Source: a virus. From it: 64,000 bases of DNA. The notes below the pieces were generated by a model. The model worked only from the letters and a program-made list of their open reading frames with translations, made no database searches and had not been told where the DNA came from. The position numbers and the translations under genes were made by a program. Shown piece by piece: positions 9,824 through 19,764 of this stretch (its first letter is position 1; each line of letters starts with the position of its first letter). The DNA is taken from IMG/VR virus record IMGVR_UViG_3300023174_000159, positions 2,837 through 66,836 of that record; one strand, given 5' to 3'.

Positions 9824-10542
9824 TTGACTAAGCTTGATATGATATAATTTAGATAAACTTTTTCAAAATTCAAGTTTATATTAGCGACTCCGATCTTTGT
9901 ATTTATTTTAAAATTAAAATCACTATTTTCTGTAAATGTCAAAAGACGCAAGTTATCAAGATTAATAATAAAATCATCCAATTCAAAATCCACAGAGCCT
10001 GATGTGATTGATAAAACATCACTATTTGCCGATGTTTTATCTTGTAAATTCCAATACAATTCACCATCCTTTGTATATATGTACAATTTATTAGTATCAG
10101 AAAATGCTGAATTTGTTTTTAATAAATGTTTAATGAAACTTTTAGGAACATTAAAATCTATATCATAAGATATACTCTTAATTTTCTCTAAACTCATTTT
10201 TGTTTTTGCAATGAGTCCATCTTCATAAAGATGATATTTGAATTTTATTTGTTTACCTCTGTATTCTAGATTATTATTGTTTAAAGTTAAAACAATATCA
10301 TCCGAACCATCACACATTTTCAAAGCACTTGATAACTTTGAAACTGAAGGGATATTCAATACTTTATCTTCATCAAAATCAATTTCGGTTCGTCCCCACA
10401 ATATCAAAGATGCGTCTTCGCTATTTGATATGAAATAAATTCCACCATCCTTAATATTAAGAATGGCGGTATCATTTATTTTGGATAATGATTCTAATAG
10501 AAAAAGAAAGTTACTTTTGTTAAGCGTTATTTTCTGATTCAT
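9820..10542 (-). CDS. gp45: DNA sliding clamp (gp45-like)
   Basis: 240 aa, two-domain alpha/beta clamp pattern (LSKIN..., F.INLDNLRLL, C-terminal LNYII), replication operon context. Confidence 0.75.
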   Translation of the reverse strand: MNQKITLNKSNFLFLLESLSKINDTAILNIKDGGIYFISNSEDASLILWGRTEIDFDEDKVLNIPSVSKLSSALKMCDGSDDIVLTLNNNNLEYRGKQIKFKYHLYEDGLIAKTKMSLEKIKSISYDIDFNVPKSFIKHLLKTNSAFSDTNKLYIYTKDGELYWNLQDKTSANSDVLSITSGSVDFELDDFIINLDNLRLLTFTENSDFNFKINTKIGVANINLNFEKVYLNYIISSLVK

Positions 10543-10966
10543 TTTGAATTAATTTAATTAACTTATCAAATTTTTTGTTTAAATCTTCCAATATTTTACT
10601 TTGCTTTTTCAATAAATCATTCGTCTTTTCTTGTTCAGATTTATTGAATTTTAATTCTAATTGATTTACATCCACTTCAACTGCTGGAGGTTGTGGTATA
10701 TATTGGTTAGGCAATGGTAGAATCTGTGGTTCAATATGTTGAGGTTGAACTGGTGGTTGAATATATTGAGGTTGCGGCACTTGAGAGCTTCTAAAGTCTC
10801 TCTCAAGTGCCGTTTTAATTGCTCCTGATATCCCTCCATCTCTCATACCATCAGTTTTTGTCTGTTGGTCATTGAAATACATTGAATCTATTTCTTTGCC
10901 TAGTGCAAACATAGGCCCAGCGAATTCAATCAATGCTTGTTTTTCTTCAGGACTTAACATATTCAA
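10520..10966 (-). CDS. Hypothetical protein, Pro/Gln-rich with coiled coil
   Basis: 148 aa, coupled to gp32. Confidence 0.55.
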   Translation of the reverse strand: MNMLSPEEKQALIEFAGPMFALGKEIDSMYFNDQQTKTDGMRDGGISGAIKTALERDFRSSQVPQPQYIQPPVQPQHIEPQILPLPNQYIPQPPAVEVDVNQLELKFNKSEQEKTNDLLKKQSKILEDLNKKFDKLIKLIQNESENNA

Positions 10967-11874
10967 CTATCGAGTTCATTTAAGAGTGCGTCAATTTCAT
11001 CATCGACATCTTCAACTGGTTGTTTTGTTTTTTTAACTTCTTTTTTTGCAGGAAAGTTAAATGGAATTTCATCTTCTTCATCTTCATCATCAAATTTTGA
11101 TGTTGATGGTTTAGAAGTAACCGCTGGTGACTTTGATCTTTCAGATTCTGATGATTTTCCAAAGAAATGTGTATTTAAAATTTCATCAAGCTCATCAAAA
11201 GTTTTGATTGGATAAATTTGTTCAAGATCATGAGCCTTTGAATAAATTTCTTCAATTTCTTCGTCATCAAGATTTAAGGTTGGCTTATTATAAAAACCAG
11301 ATGATTCAAATGTGGTATAATCCCCACGACCTTCTGCTTTGATTTTCAAATTAGCACCTTCTGGTCCAAGATCAAAAATACGAGCACCGAATTCATCAGC
11401 TCCATCGCCAGTTAGAGCATCATCGATGATCTTTTTGATTTGAGGTCCAATCTTTAAAACTTTAACAGTTCCGTTATTGTCTGGATTTGATGGATCATCA
11501 ATAACATATATATTAACAAACCAGTTTTCTTTACGACGAATGATTTTACCAAGTTCTTTTTCAGCTGGATCTTCACTCTTGATAAGCTTCCAGAATGTTT
11601 CTGTGATTGGATCACGATCATTAAATGTTTGAAGGGATAGTGTTGAAATATAACTACCAGTTACTTTACTCTTCCAACCATGAGTATAATGATGGAAGAA
11701 TGTCTTTTCTGGATCTTCCAAATTTGGAATTAACCTGATTGTGTATGTTTTCCCAGCTGGGAATTTCATTACATTTGCGAATGCACTGTTTCCAGATGAT
11801 TCGTTTGTTTTATTGAGAGTATCTTTGATTTTCTCAAACATACTCGCGTTGAATTTAGTTTTGCTTGTTTTCAT
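10963..11874 (-). CDS. gp32: Single-stranded DNA-binding protein
   Basis: IRLIP, HYTHGW, NIYVIDDPSNPDNNGTVK, IFD...GANLKIK, acidic C-terminal tail. Confidence 0.93.
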   Translation of the reverse strand: MKTSKTKFNASMFEKIKDTLNKTNESSGNSAFANVMKFPAGKTYTIRLIPNLEDPEKTFFHHYTHGWKSKVTGSYISTLSLQTFNDRDPITETFWKLIKSEDPAEKELGKIIRRKENWFVNIYVIDDPSNPDNNGTVKVLKIGPQIKKIIDDALTGDGADEFGARIFDLGPEGANLKIKAEGRGDYTTFESSGFYNKPTLNLDDEEIEEIYSKAHDLEQIYPIKTFDELDEILNTHFFGKSSESERSKSPAVTSKPSTSKFDDEDEEDEIPFNFPAKKEVKKTKQPVEDVDDEIDALLNELDS

Positions 11875-11878
11875 AGAA

Positions 11879-12073
11879 TTATTGAATGATTTTTTTAATT
11901 ATTTTAATTGTTAGTGTTAATATTGTCAGGCCAAGTATCATTAATACAAATATAGTTGCTGCTAGAAACCATATAGGGAATATTATCCAACCCCAACTTA
12001 CATTTAGTATATCAACCAGTTTTAAAAAAGCAAGGAAAAAAGTCAAATATATAGAAAAATTTATTAATTTCAT
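11879..12073 (-). CDS. Small membrane protein
   Basis: 64 aa, hydrophobic, LKL..I.NVSWGWIIFPIW motif. Confidence 0.55.
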   Translation of the reverse strand: MKLINFSIYLTFFLAFLKLVDILNVSWGWIIFPIWFLAATIFVLMILGLTILTLTIKIIKKIIQ

Positions 12074-12714
12074 TGTTTTTTTAGATTATGGTTAATTTTA
12101 TCGATTGCTTGTTTTCCAAATGTTTTTAATTTTTTGGATGACTGAAATTTGTTTCTGGTTATTTGAAATGTTTTCCAAAAATCACCAAACGCAAAATTCA
12201 GTATGTCTGAATCTACATCAATTTTTGAAAATGTCAATGTATGCAGTGTATAATAATTGATTTTATGATTTTTTAAATGTTCTATAAATGATGGCAATGT
12301 TCCTGTTGCGTGTGTTTTGTATTCTTCTAAAGATATATCGTTTTCTTTGCAAAAGGAAAATATAAATTTTAAAGAGTTTGAAAATCTCACAAGAGATTCT
12401 GAAGAATCTGGATCTTCAGAATTTAAAGTTTTCATATAATTAGTATAACATGTAACTGCCTTTAAAGTTATATAATATTCCAAAGTGTAGTATGTTTCAT
12501 CTGGATATATTTTATAAGGTGCTATAAAAAAATAATCAATATTTACATTTTTATTAGAATTGAAAAATTTTTCAAGCTTATTAAGAATAATTATTTTTTT
12601 TTCATCTAAATTATCAAAATTTTGTTTTTGTTTGAATGGTAAATTTTTTACCTTTCTTGATATAGCCAAATGAGAATTATAAATTCGTTTTTGATTATCG
12701 TTTATTTTTGACAT
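12070..12714 (-). CDS. Possible gp59-like helicase loader
   Basis: 214 aa (T4 gp59 is similar in size), basic and helical, lies between gp41 and gp32; only weak motif resemblance. Confidence 0.4.
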   Translation of the reverse strand: MSKINDNQKRIYNSHLAISRKVKNLPFKQKQNFDNLDEKKIIILNKLEKFFNSNKNVNIDYFFIAPYKIYPDETYYTLEYYITLKAVTCYTNYMKTLNSEDPDSSESLVRFSNSLKFIFSFCKENDISLEEYKTHATGTLPSFIEHLKNHKINYYTLHTLTFSKIDVDSDILNFAFGDFWKTFQITRNKFQSSKKLKTFGKQAIDKINHNLKKQ

Positions 12715-12994
12715 TCTTTTTATTTTTTTTACAACTGTTTAGATATTTCGTAACATACTTGCTTTTGACAAGGCTTGGATCGAATTCCAAAAATATCTTA
12801 ACAACTTCATAGTCAGTGTCAATACATAAAATATCTTTTAGCAAAGTTTTCATTTTTTCATGTTGTAATGTATAAACAAACACATTCTGAACAGACATTT
12901 TTTTTCCTTGAATATTCATAATGAATGTACAGTAGCACATGAACAGATGCATCTGTTCAGTTTCGATAAGTGAGGCATATGGAGGTTCAGTCAT
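12695..12994 (-). CDS. Hypothetical protein (start reassigned to MTEPPY)
   Basis: ATGA overlap with the upstream DHH gene stop. Confidence 0.55.
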   Translation of the reverse strand: MTEPPYASLIETEQMHLFMCYCTFIMNIQGKKMSVQNVFVYTLQHEKMKTLLKDILCIDTDYEVVKIFLEFDPSLVKSKYVTKYLNSCKKNKKNVKNKR

Positions 12995-13848
12995 AATTCT
13001 ATTAATGTTGTTGTAAAATCTAAAAACTTTTGAGTAATCTTTCCACCCGATGAATTTAAACTTCCACCACCATTGCAAAGATTTTCTGCCATGAATTTAA
13101 TATCAGCTGATGAATTTTTATTTTTTCTAAAGGAAACAAATTGAGTATTCATGTTCACAATAACTGCAATTTCACAATCATAATTATTCAATATTGAATT
13201 CGCTATTTCATTTGCGCTTCCCTTTGCAAAGGTAGCAATTACTGAATTTCCTTTGTATTCTCCTTGATATAAACATAAGTTTTCAAGTTCCGAATTTAAA
13301 TCTCTATAAAAAGATGCTGATAATTTTAATTCTGATTCAGATAATTCTTGATATCCTGACCAAAATTTATTAACAAAATTATAGAATCTATTATTGCCAC
13401 TTTTTCTAAAAAGACCATTTAATATTTTGGCTTCTTTAGTTTTTAATTGATAGCTATTGTAATCATCTATGAAAATTATTAATTTTTTAAGATTTGCTGA
13501 AAATTCAAACTTATCTTTAAATTTTTTATATAACAACTTAACACACGATGTATTATCTTCATGTATTAGTGTTGATTCATGAACAATTATATCTTCTTTT
13601 TTATCAGATACTATAATAACCTTTGAGTCATCAATTTTATTGATTACATTTTGATTTAAGGGTATTCCTATAATAAAAATTTTATCATACTCTTTTGATT
13701 TTTCATCAAACCACTCGGTATATTTTTTTTCAAAGTCTCCAAAAAATATACACTGATAATCAAAATTTGATTTGTGAAATATATTACCTAATGTAATAGT
13801 TGATCCCACTCCATCTAAATCACAATTTGTCCATAAGAATACATTCAT
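12991..13848 (-). CDS. DHH/DHHA1-family protein with degenerate catalytic motifs
   Basis: Motif I CDLDGVGS; DHH position reads DKK; VSFR...GGGSLNSSGG in place of GGGHxxAAG. Confidence 0.7.
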   Translation of the reverse strand: MNVFLWTNCDLDGVGSTITLGNIFHKSNFDYQCIFFGDFEKKYTEWFDEKSKEYDKIFIIGIPLNQNVINKIDDSKVIIVSDKKEDIIVHESTLIHEDNTSCVKLLYKKFKDKFEFSANLKKLIIFIDDYNSYQLKTKEAKILNGLFRKSGNNRFYNFVNKFWSGYQELSESELKLSASFYRDLNSELENLCLYQGEYKGNSVIATFAKGSANEIANSILNNYDCEIAVIVNMNTQFVSFRKNKNSSADIKFMAENLCNGGGSLNSSGGKITQKFLDFTTTLIEL

Positions 13849-13865
13849 GTATTATATGATTTAAT

Positions 13866-15182
13866 TCAATTTGAAAATTTTTCAAGTAATGATAAATCTT
13901 CATCATTAATCATCTGATCTTCCTCTTCTGATTGTGTGATAGTTAATGTCGAATAATCAATTTTCATAGGTTGTACCATTCCTCTTGGACCGTATCTATT
14001 TTTCATCATTCCAAGTCTAATCAATCCTAATTCTTGATCTTCTTCGTTTTGAAAGATGGAAACGATAACATCCGCTGTAGCTGCCAAACCTACTGATTCT
14101 GAAATAGTAGCTAAATCTGGATTATCTATATTGAATCCAGATTTGTTTAGTTGAGTTGCACTGATGATAGGACATTTAAAAATATAACTCATTGCTCTAA
14201 CCTGTTCACAAATATATTTCACTCGTTCATATGAATTAGAACCAATTGTTGAATGTAAAAGATTAACATAATCAATTACAATAGCGTCCACACGTTCTCC
14301 AGAATCTTGAAATTTTTTAACAAATGCTGTTAATTGTTTTGGAGTTATCGTGCTTGGTGGAAATTCTTTAATGAAAATTTTCCCTTCTGGTATTTTATCT
14401 TTTTCAGTTTTTAAGAAATGTTTTAAAGATTTACAAGATGATTGAAATTCCTTCAATGGTATTTTTGTTATATTTGAGCAAATTCTTTTAGCATATAACA
14501 TTTCACTCATTTCCAATGAAACTAAAAGAACGGTCTTGTTCTGTTTTGCTATATTTGCAGCTATATTTCCGAGAAAAATACTTTTACCAATGTTTGTTTG
14601 ACCAGCAAAAATATACAATGATTTACCATCCTCTCTAAACCCTCCATTCATCGCATCATCTAACCATTCCCACTTGGAGGGGATTACTTTTTCTACATTA
14701 TTAATATCATCAATGATACGATCACTATCTGAAAAGATTTCCAAACCATTATCAGTTACTAACTTTATATTACATGACTTTTCGAATTGTTCAAGAATAT
14801 TTGAGGTATCAACGACACCTTCAGACACATCATTAGCGACTTTCAACAAAGTGTGATATACGCTTTTTTCTTTTAAGAAAATTTCAGTATTTTCATATAG
14901 TTCATCAATATCTAAATTCTTATCAAGATCTTTAAAAGATGAAACTAATTGTTTGAATCCTTCTTTTAAATTATCATCAACCAAATATGATTTTATTTCA
15001 GTTACACTTGGTAGTTTCTGTCTTTTATCATAAAAGTTTCGTACTATTTCAAAATACTTTGAAATTCTTTTATCTTCGAAATATTCTGGGTTTATATAGT
15101 CTGCGATAGAATTTAAATAAGTCGCATCAATTAAACATTGTCGTGCTAATATTTTTTCAAAATGTTCTAAATTAAGATTCAT
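13866..15182 (-). CDS. gp41: Replicative DnaB-like helicase
   Basis: Walker A AGQTNIGKS, VSLEMSE, IKEFPP, IVIDYVNL, SATQLN, ISESVG...TAD, MKNRYG. Confidence 0.96.
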   Translation of the reverse strand: MNLNLEHFEKILARQCLIDATYLNSIADYINPEYFEDKRISKYFEIVRNFYDKRQKLPSVTEIKSYLVDDNLKEGFKQLVSSFKDLDKNLDIDELYENTEIFLKEKSVYHTLLKVANDVSEGVVDTSNILEQFEKSCNIKLVTDNGLEIFSDSDRIIDDINNVEKVIPSKWEWLDDAMNGGFREDGKSLYIFAGQTNIGKSIFLGNIAANIAKQNKTVLLVSLEMSEMLYAKRICSNITKIPLKEFQSSCKSLKHFLKTEKDKIPEGKIFIKEFPPSTITPKQLTAFVKKFQDSGERVDAIVIDYVNLLHSTIGSNSYERVKYICEQVRAMSYIFKCPIISATQLNKSGFNIDNPDLATISESVGLAATADVIVSIFQNEEDQELGLIRLGMMKNRYGPRGMVQPMKIDYSTLTITQSEEEDQMINDEDLSLLEKFSN

Positions 15183-15834
15183 ATTTATTTAAAAACCACT
15201 GTTCGGCTGCTTTCCACTCATCTGTAAATTCTTGCAGTCCTGGAGATTCGTGTGTTATGCAAATGCCTCCTACCCCCACTCGATGGCCTATCTTATGACA
15301 ATTTAAAGAGAAGTCAAGATCATAAAAATGAGCCTTGGCAGGATTTGAAGTATCGAATCTGACACTTTCCATTACCTTTCTGTTCATTGCCATAAAAACA
15401 CCATCCAACATGACAACCCTGTGTGGGTAAGGTCCAAAACTTGTCATATTTTTATAGTTGCCAGTTCCATGAGCTACTGCACCATGTAATTTACCACCAC
15501 CGAATCCACCTCCCATAATGTGCCATAACGCTGGGCTTTGTAAATTTATTTGAGATGTTCCAGCAACACCTATCAAATCATAAGTTTCAAATAATTTAAT
15601 TAATTTTGGTATTGGATCATATTCCAACCAAACATCATCGTGGACTAATACCAAACCATCCCAATTTTCTTCTAAAGCTTTATCTATAGCTTTATTGTAA
15701 GCTTTTGGCAATCCTGTATTGTTGTTTAAATCAAAACTAATGTCTATATCTAAATTTAATTCTTTTATGCTTTTTAGCAAAGATGTGTCATTTGGATTAA
15801 GTTTTCTGGTAGCTGAAAAGAAAGCAATTCTCAT
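15172..15834 (-). CDS. Glycosyltransferase, GT-A fold (GT2-like)
   Basis: AYNKAI, LVLVHDDV, LIGVAG, LDGVFMA, HFYDLDFS, ITHESPG. Confidence 0.82.
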   Translation of the reverse strand: MRIAFFSATRKLNPNDTSLLKSIKELNLDIDISFDLNNNTGLPKAYNKAIDKALEENWDGLVLVHDDVWLEYDPIPKLIKLFETYDLIGVAGTSQINLQSPALWHIMGGGFGGGKLHGAVAHGTGNYKNMTSFGPYPHRVVMLDGVFMAMNRKVMESVRFDTSNPAKAHFYDLDFSLNCHKIGHRVGVGGICITHESPGLQEFTDEWKAAEQWFLNKYES

Positions 15835-15840
15835 ATTTTA

Positions 15841-15868
15841 ATGATATCACCCCTATTTAATTTGTCAA
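15841..15868 (-). promoter_or_regulatory. Sigma70-type early promoter
   Basis: TTGACA-N16-TATCAT-N6-ATG(15834). Confidence 0.7.
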
Positions 15869-15884
15869 TTTGCTAAATATATTC

Positions 15885-17708
15885 ATGAATTTGTTTAATT
15901 TTGAATATTTTACTGAAAGAGCAGAAATATTGAATGAGATGGCTAGACCCTTTGTTTTATTCGGTGCTGGAACTCCCGCTAATGTAAAATATAAAGAATT
16001 AATGAACCAATTGGTGGAAGAATACCCAGGAAAACAACCCACATCTTATAGAATTACATTAGATAAGTATTTCTTAGATAAATTTAATGAAAAATATGAA
16101 ATTTATAAATTTTCAAAACAACAGCTTTCAGATTATATTGAGTCTAATTTAAAAAATATAGCTTCTGTAATGTTTGATGATGAAAATGCTTTAGATTTAA
16201 GTGATGAAGATATACAAAATTTTGAATTAAATTCTGATTCTTCTTTAATTGGTGATATTTTATATCATTTTGAAAACAAATTAAATAAAAAAGATTATAA
16301 AGCATTTATTAAGAATTTTTCAACCACTGTTAAAAATAACAATAAATTAAAAATGTCTTTAAAAATGATAAAGACCTTAATTTCTGAAGATGAAGATGAA
16401 TATGTTTTAAGTGGAAATGAAATTGTTAGATATGAATCAGATGGCGCAAGTGATGCAACTGCAACTAGATCTACTATAGAAAAAGTATCAGATGAATATA
16501 AAGAACAATTTAATAATAAAGATTTTATTAATTCTTTAGTTGCGGAAGATGCTATAACATATGCTGAGACAGCATCAGAAAGATCAATTAGAACAAAGGG
16601 AATGGAAAAGGCTAGAGTTGAAACTACTGGTATTCGATTTAAGGAGTTTTCACAACTTGAAAATTATTTAAAACCTACTTTGAAAGAATTAAATCGTGAC
16701 ATGCATAAACGAAATATAAGTTTAGGTAGAGGAGGAAAGGGAGGATCTAAACAAGAATCAGAAATTTCAGATTCACAGGAATCTGATATCGGATTACCTT
16801 TTTCAACATTATATATTGATAATATCTTAGATATATTATCCAGATTAATAGCAGAAAGAAAAAAATTACCAACAGGAACCTCAAATGATATATGGGGAAA
16901 GAGAGATCAACAATTAGAAAAATCTAATATTATAATAAAGCCTGAATATTTAAATTATGAAATTTCTGTTCCAATGCAATTAATAAAATCATTTTCTTCA
17001 AAGGAAATTGAAGATGTATATACAGCATTTGAAAATATATATGATAAATTTGAAAAAGATCAATTTGAATATACAGAAAATGATTTATCTAAATTAATAG
17101 ATCGAGTTAAAGATAAGAATCCAAAATTATCTAGTCTTTTAGAATTTTTCAGAACATCATTAACTGGAGTTGAAAAACAAAAAAATAAAATCGAACAAGA
17201 TCGAACATTTGTTGGATATGATGATGATTTAATTAGAAAGTATTTCCCAGATACTGAAAGTGATGAATTTAAAAACTTTACAAATTGGTACAGTGCTAAA
17301 ACAAAATATGAAGAAAAATTAAAAAACGATCTTTTAGAAAGAATAATTAATTATTTGGCTAGTATGAAAGAACAAATGACATCAGTAAATGATGAAAAGG
17401 AAATGAGTAGTGGTTCTTCTGATATATTAAATAAATTACAAACTTATGAAAATAAGATTCGCAGTTTAGAAAAGACATATAAATACAGACCAACCGAACA
17501 ATTAAAAAATGAAATTGATAACTTAAAGGAAATCGTAGATTCTATCAAATCTAAATATAATCCCGAACAGGATGAAGAAGAATACACCATAAATTATATG
17601 ACCGAGCAGGTCAAAAAAGATAAATTAACGAATATGAGTGGTGATTTTGTAGAACGAGGATTTAAAAAACCAATAAATTATTGGCATTGGACTCAACTAA
17701 ATGAATAA
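15885..17708 (+). CDS. Large hypothetical late protein, possible head-internal protein
   Basis: TAAATA-N5-ATG at 15885; lone plus-strand gene inside the minus-strand block; acidic and helical. Confidence 0.65.
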   Translation: MNLFNFEYFTERAEILNEMARPFVLFGAGTPANVKYKELMNQLVEEYPGKQPTSYRITLDKYFLDKFNEKYEIYKFSKQQLSDYIESNLKNIASVMFDDENALDLSDEDIQNFELNSDSSLIGDILYHFENKLNKKDYKAFIKNFSTTVKNNNKLKMSLKMIKTLISEDEDEYVLSGNEIVRYESDGASDATATRSTIEKVSDEYKEQFNNKDFINSLVAEDAITYAETASERSIRTKGMEKARVETTGIRFKEFSQLENYLKPTLKELNRDMHKRNISLGRGGKGGSKQESEISDSQESDIGLPFSTLYIDNILDILSRLIAERKKLPTGTSNDIWGKRDQQLEKSNIIIKPEYLNYEISVPMQLIKSFSSKEIEDVYTAFENIYDKFEKDQFEYTENDLSKLIDRVKDKNPKLSSLLEFFRTSLTGVEKQKNKIEQDRTFVGYDDDLIRKYFPDTESDEFKNFTNWYSAKTKYEEKLKNDLLERIINYLASMKEQMTSVNDEKEMSSGSSDILNKLQTYENKIRSLEKTYKYRPTEQLKNEIDNLKEIVDSIKSKYNPEQDEEEYTINYMTEQVKKDKLTNMSGDFVERGFKKPINYWHWTQLNE

Positions 17709-17710
17709 TA

Positions 17711-17738
17711 AAAAGCCCCTCTTAATGAGGGGCTTTTT
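17711..17738. terminator. Bidirectional intrinsic terminator
   Basis: AAAAGCCCCTC-TTAAT-GAGGGGCTTTT between convergent genes. Confidence 0.9.
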
Positions 17739-17741
17739 GTT

Positions 17742-18869
17742 TTAATCTTCTATTTCTTCTTCGTAATCTTCTTCTAGATCGTCTAGCGGAATTTCCCCAA
17801 CTTTATTTCCATATGACCATTCTCGTTTCAAACGAGATTCAAGTTCTGGTAACAATTTATCCCAAATTTCATCTTTCTTTCTCCAAGATTTATAAAAGCC
17901 TAATTTTTCACCAGTCCAATCGCTGTATGTTGCTCCATTAGCAACAACTACACCCATTTCTTTCATGATGTCAAGTAAACCAAAATACTTGTCCAATCCT
18001 GTGGCGAATGAAAGATACATCTCACCTTCAAGATATTGTTTAATGAAACGATTCTTAACAGTAAGTGCTCTAATAATAACACCAGAGTAACTTTTCTGTC
18101 CAGCTGCTTTAGTATCTTCGATTGTTTTACCTCCATCATCTTTTACTGGCTTTCTAGCTAATTGAATGGTTACAGAAGGCAAATAAATTGATGCTTTACC
18201 TCCAGCAATATTCTTTTCAAGTGTTGGATACATCTGACTGGGATCATCATATACATGATTTGTCATCAAAATGGGAGTTTTAGTTAATGTAGACATATTT
18301 GTACATGTCTTCAATAAACTTTTAATGCTTTTGGCAAAAGTTCCCATATCTGATGATGTATTTTCTTTATCCATTCTACTAAGTTCTAGTTCACTTTGTA
18401 AGTTGGCTAATGAATCAATCGCAATGATGAATTTACCTTCTAAACCTTTTTCCTTTACGGATTTTAATAGTTTATAAATTGAGTTTCTTGTATTTTCAGC
18501 AGTTTGAACATTTACATATTTTACTTTACTGGTATCAAGACCCATTTTAGAAGCACTTTCTTCATCAATAGCACCTTCTGTATCATAAATTACAACTTGC
18601 ATGCCCTTTTTTTGGGCATTTGCTAAGATTTTGAGAATGAACCCCGTTTTAAAGGTTTGACTCGGACCAGCAAATTGAGTAACTCTGCCTCTAGGAACAC
18701 CACCATACAATGAACCAGAGATCAGTGCATTTAATACCATTGATCCAGTGTCAATCCAATCATCAATTCCAGTTATTTTACTGTCACTGAGATATGATGA
18801 GTATGGTGTAATATCATCGATGCTGCTTAATACATCATCAATGTCTTTTTGACTGCTGTTTTTGGCCAT
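17742..18869 (-). CDS. uvsX: RecA-like recombinase UvsX
   Basis: DTGSMVLNALISGS..GGVP, GPSQTFKT, YDTEGA, IAIDSLANL, TNHVY, GLDKYFGL. Confidence 0.95.
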   Translation of the reverse strand: MAKNSSQKDIDDVLSSIDDITPYSSYLSDSKITGIDDWIDTGSMVLNALISGSLYGGVPRGRVTQFAGPSQTFKTGFILKILANAQKKGMQVVIYDTEGAIDEESASKMGLDTSKVKYVNVQTAENTRNSIYKLLKSVKEKGLEGKFIIAIDSLANLQSELELSRMDKENTSSDMGTFAKSIKSLLKTCTNMSTLTKTPILMTNHVYDDPSQMYPTLEKNIAGGKASIYLPSVTIQLARKPVKDDGGKTIEDTKAAGQKSYSGVIIRALTVKNRFIKQYLEGEMYLSFATGLDKYFGLLDIMKEMGVVVANGATYSDWTGEKLGFYKSWRKKDEIWDKLLPELESRLKREWSYGNKVGEIPLDDLEEDYEEEIED

Positions 18870-18870
18870 A

Positions 18871-19215
18871 TCAAAGATCGTTTATAGAGATAATTTTTGG
18901 GCTGTTTTGCTGTGTTGTTTCTTGCGGTGTATTAATTTTTTGATATTGAGACACGATACGTTCATCTAATTCAACATCAGCGATTGCGATATTTGATTTG
19001 GTATATGTCCAGATATTCTTTTCACGACTTTCTTTGCTGATGAATTCAAAAAAGAAGAGTGGAAATGTTTGAACTTGAAGTTGTCCTGATGCTTCTGGTT
19101 GAACATGAATAATGACTGGATTATTGATGCTGACGGTGTTTGTATCTTCAGCTGCAAGAATACCCATGATTGTTCTTCCGATTTGGTCTTGTATTACGAT
19201 ATGTTTTTCTTTCAT
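18871..19215 (-). CDS. Hypothetical protein
   Basis: ATG at 19215 follows TTGACT-N16-TAAATT-N7. Confidence 0.6.
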   Translation of the reverse strand: MKEKHIVIQDQIGRTIMGILAAEDTNTVSINNPVIIHVQPEASGQLQVQTFPLFFFEFISKESREKNIWTYTKSNIAIADVELDERIVSQYQKINTPQETTQQNSPKIISINDL

Positions 19216-19235
19216 ATAGATCAATTTATCATATA

Positions 19236-19661
19236 TTATAACGAAGTCAACATCTTTCGATGTTCTTTTAAAATTTCATTAAATGCTTTGCCGACATTGT
19301 GTTTTTTTGATGCTAAAACAATAAAACGTTTCATCAAAGCTTCAAAGGTTTTAATAATCAAAGCGTGTCTTTTACTAAATTCTTTATGTTTTGTATATTT
19401 TTTACCAAAAATTATATCTTCAAATATTTCTAATGTATAGCCCATGCTATCAACAGATATAGCTTCAATTTTTCTTTCTATTATTTGTTTTTTTGGCGGT
19501 GGTCGTTTTTTAATTTTTAAAATTTGTAAACGCAACTCTTCCATTTTTGGATTCATAAATGAGCCTTCATCTAAACCCTGTAGAGCATTTGATATTTTTT
19601 GATATGCTTCATTTTCAGCAACATCCAATCCCTTATTATAAGCTTCGTTTGCACTAATCAT
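19236..19661 (-). CDS. Hypothetical protein
   Basis: 141-aa ORF. Confidence 0.55.
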   Translation of the reverse strand: MISANEAYNKGLDVAENEAYQKISNALQGLDEGSFMNPKMEELRLQILKIKKRPPPKKQIIERKIEAISVDSMGYTLEIFEDIIFGKKYTKHKEFSKRHALIIKTFEALMKRFIVLASKKHNVGKAFNEILKEHRKMLTSL

Positions 19662-19764
19662 TGTGTTTCTTCTTGTTTTGTTTTATTTCTAGGTTTTCCT
19701 AATTTAACTAATCTCATTTTTTCTATAGGTTCCCTTATTATAAGCTTCTTGCGCGGTCATATAA

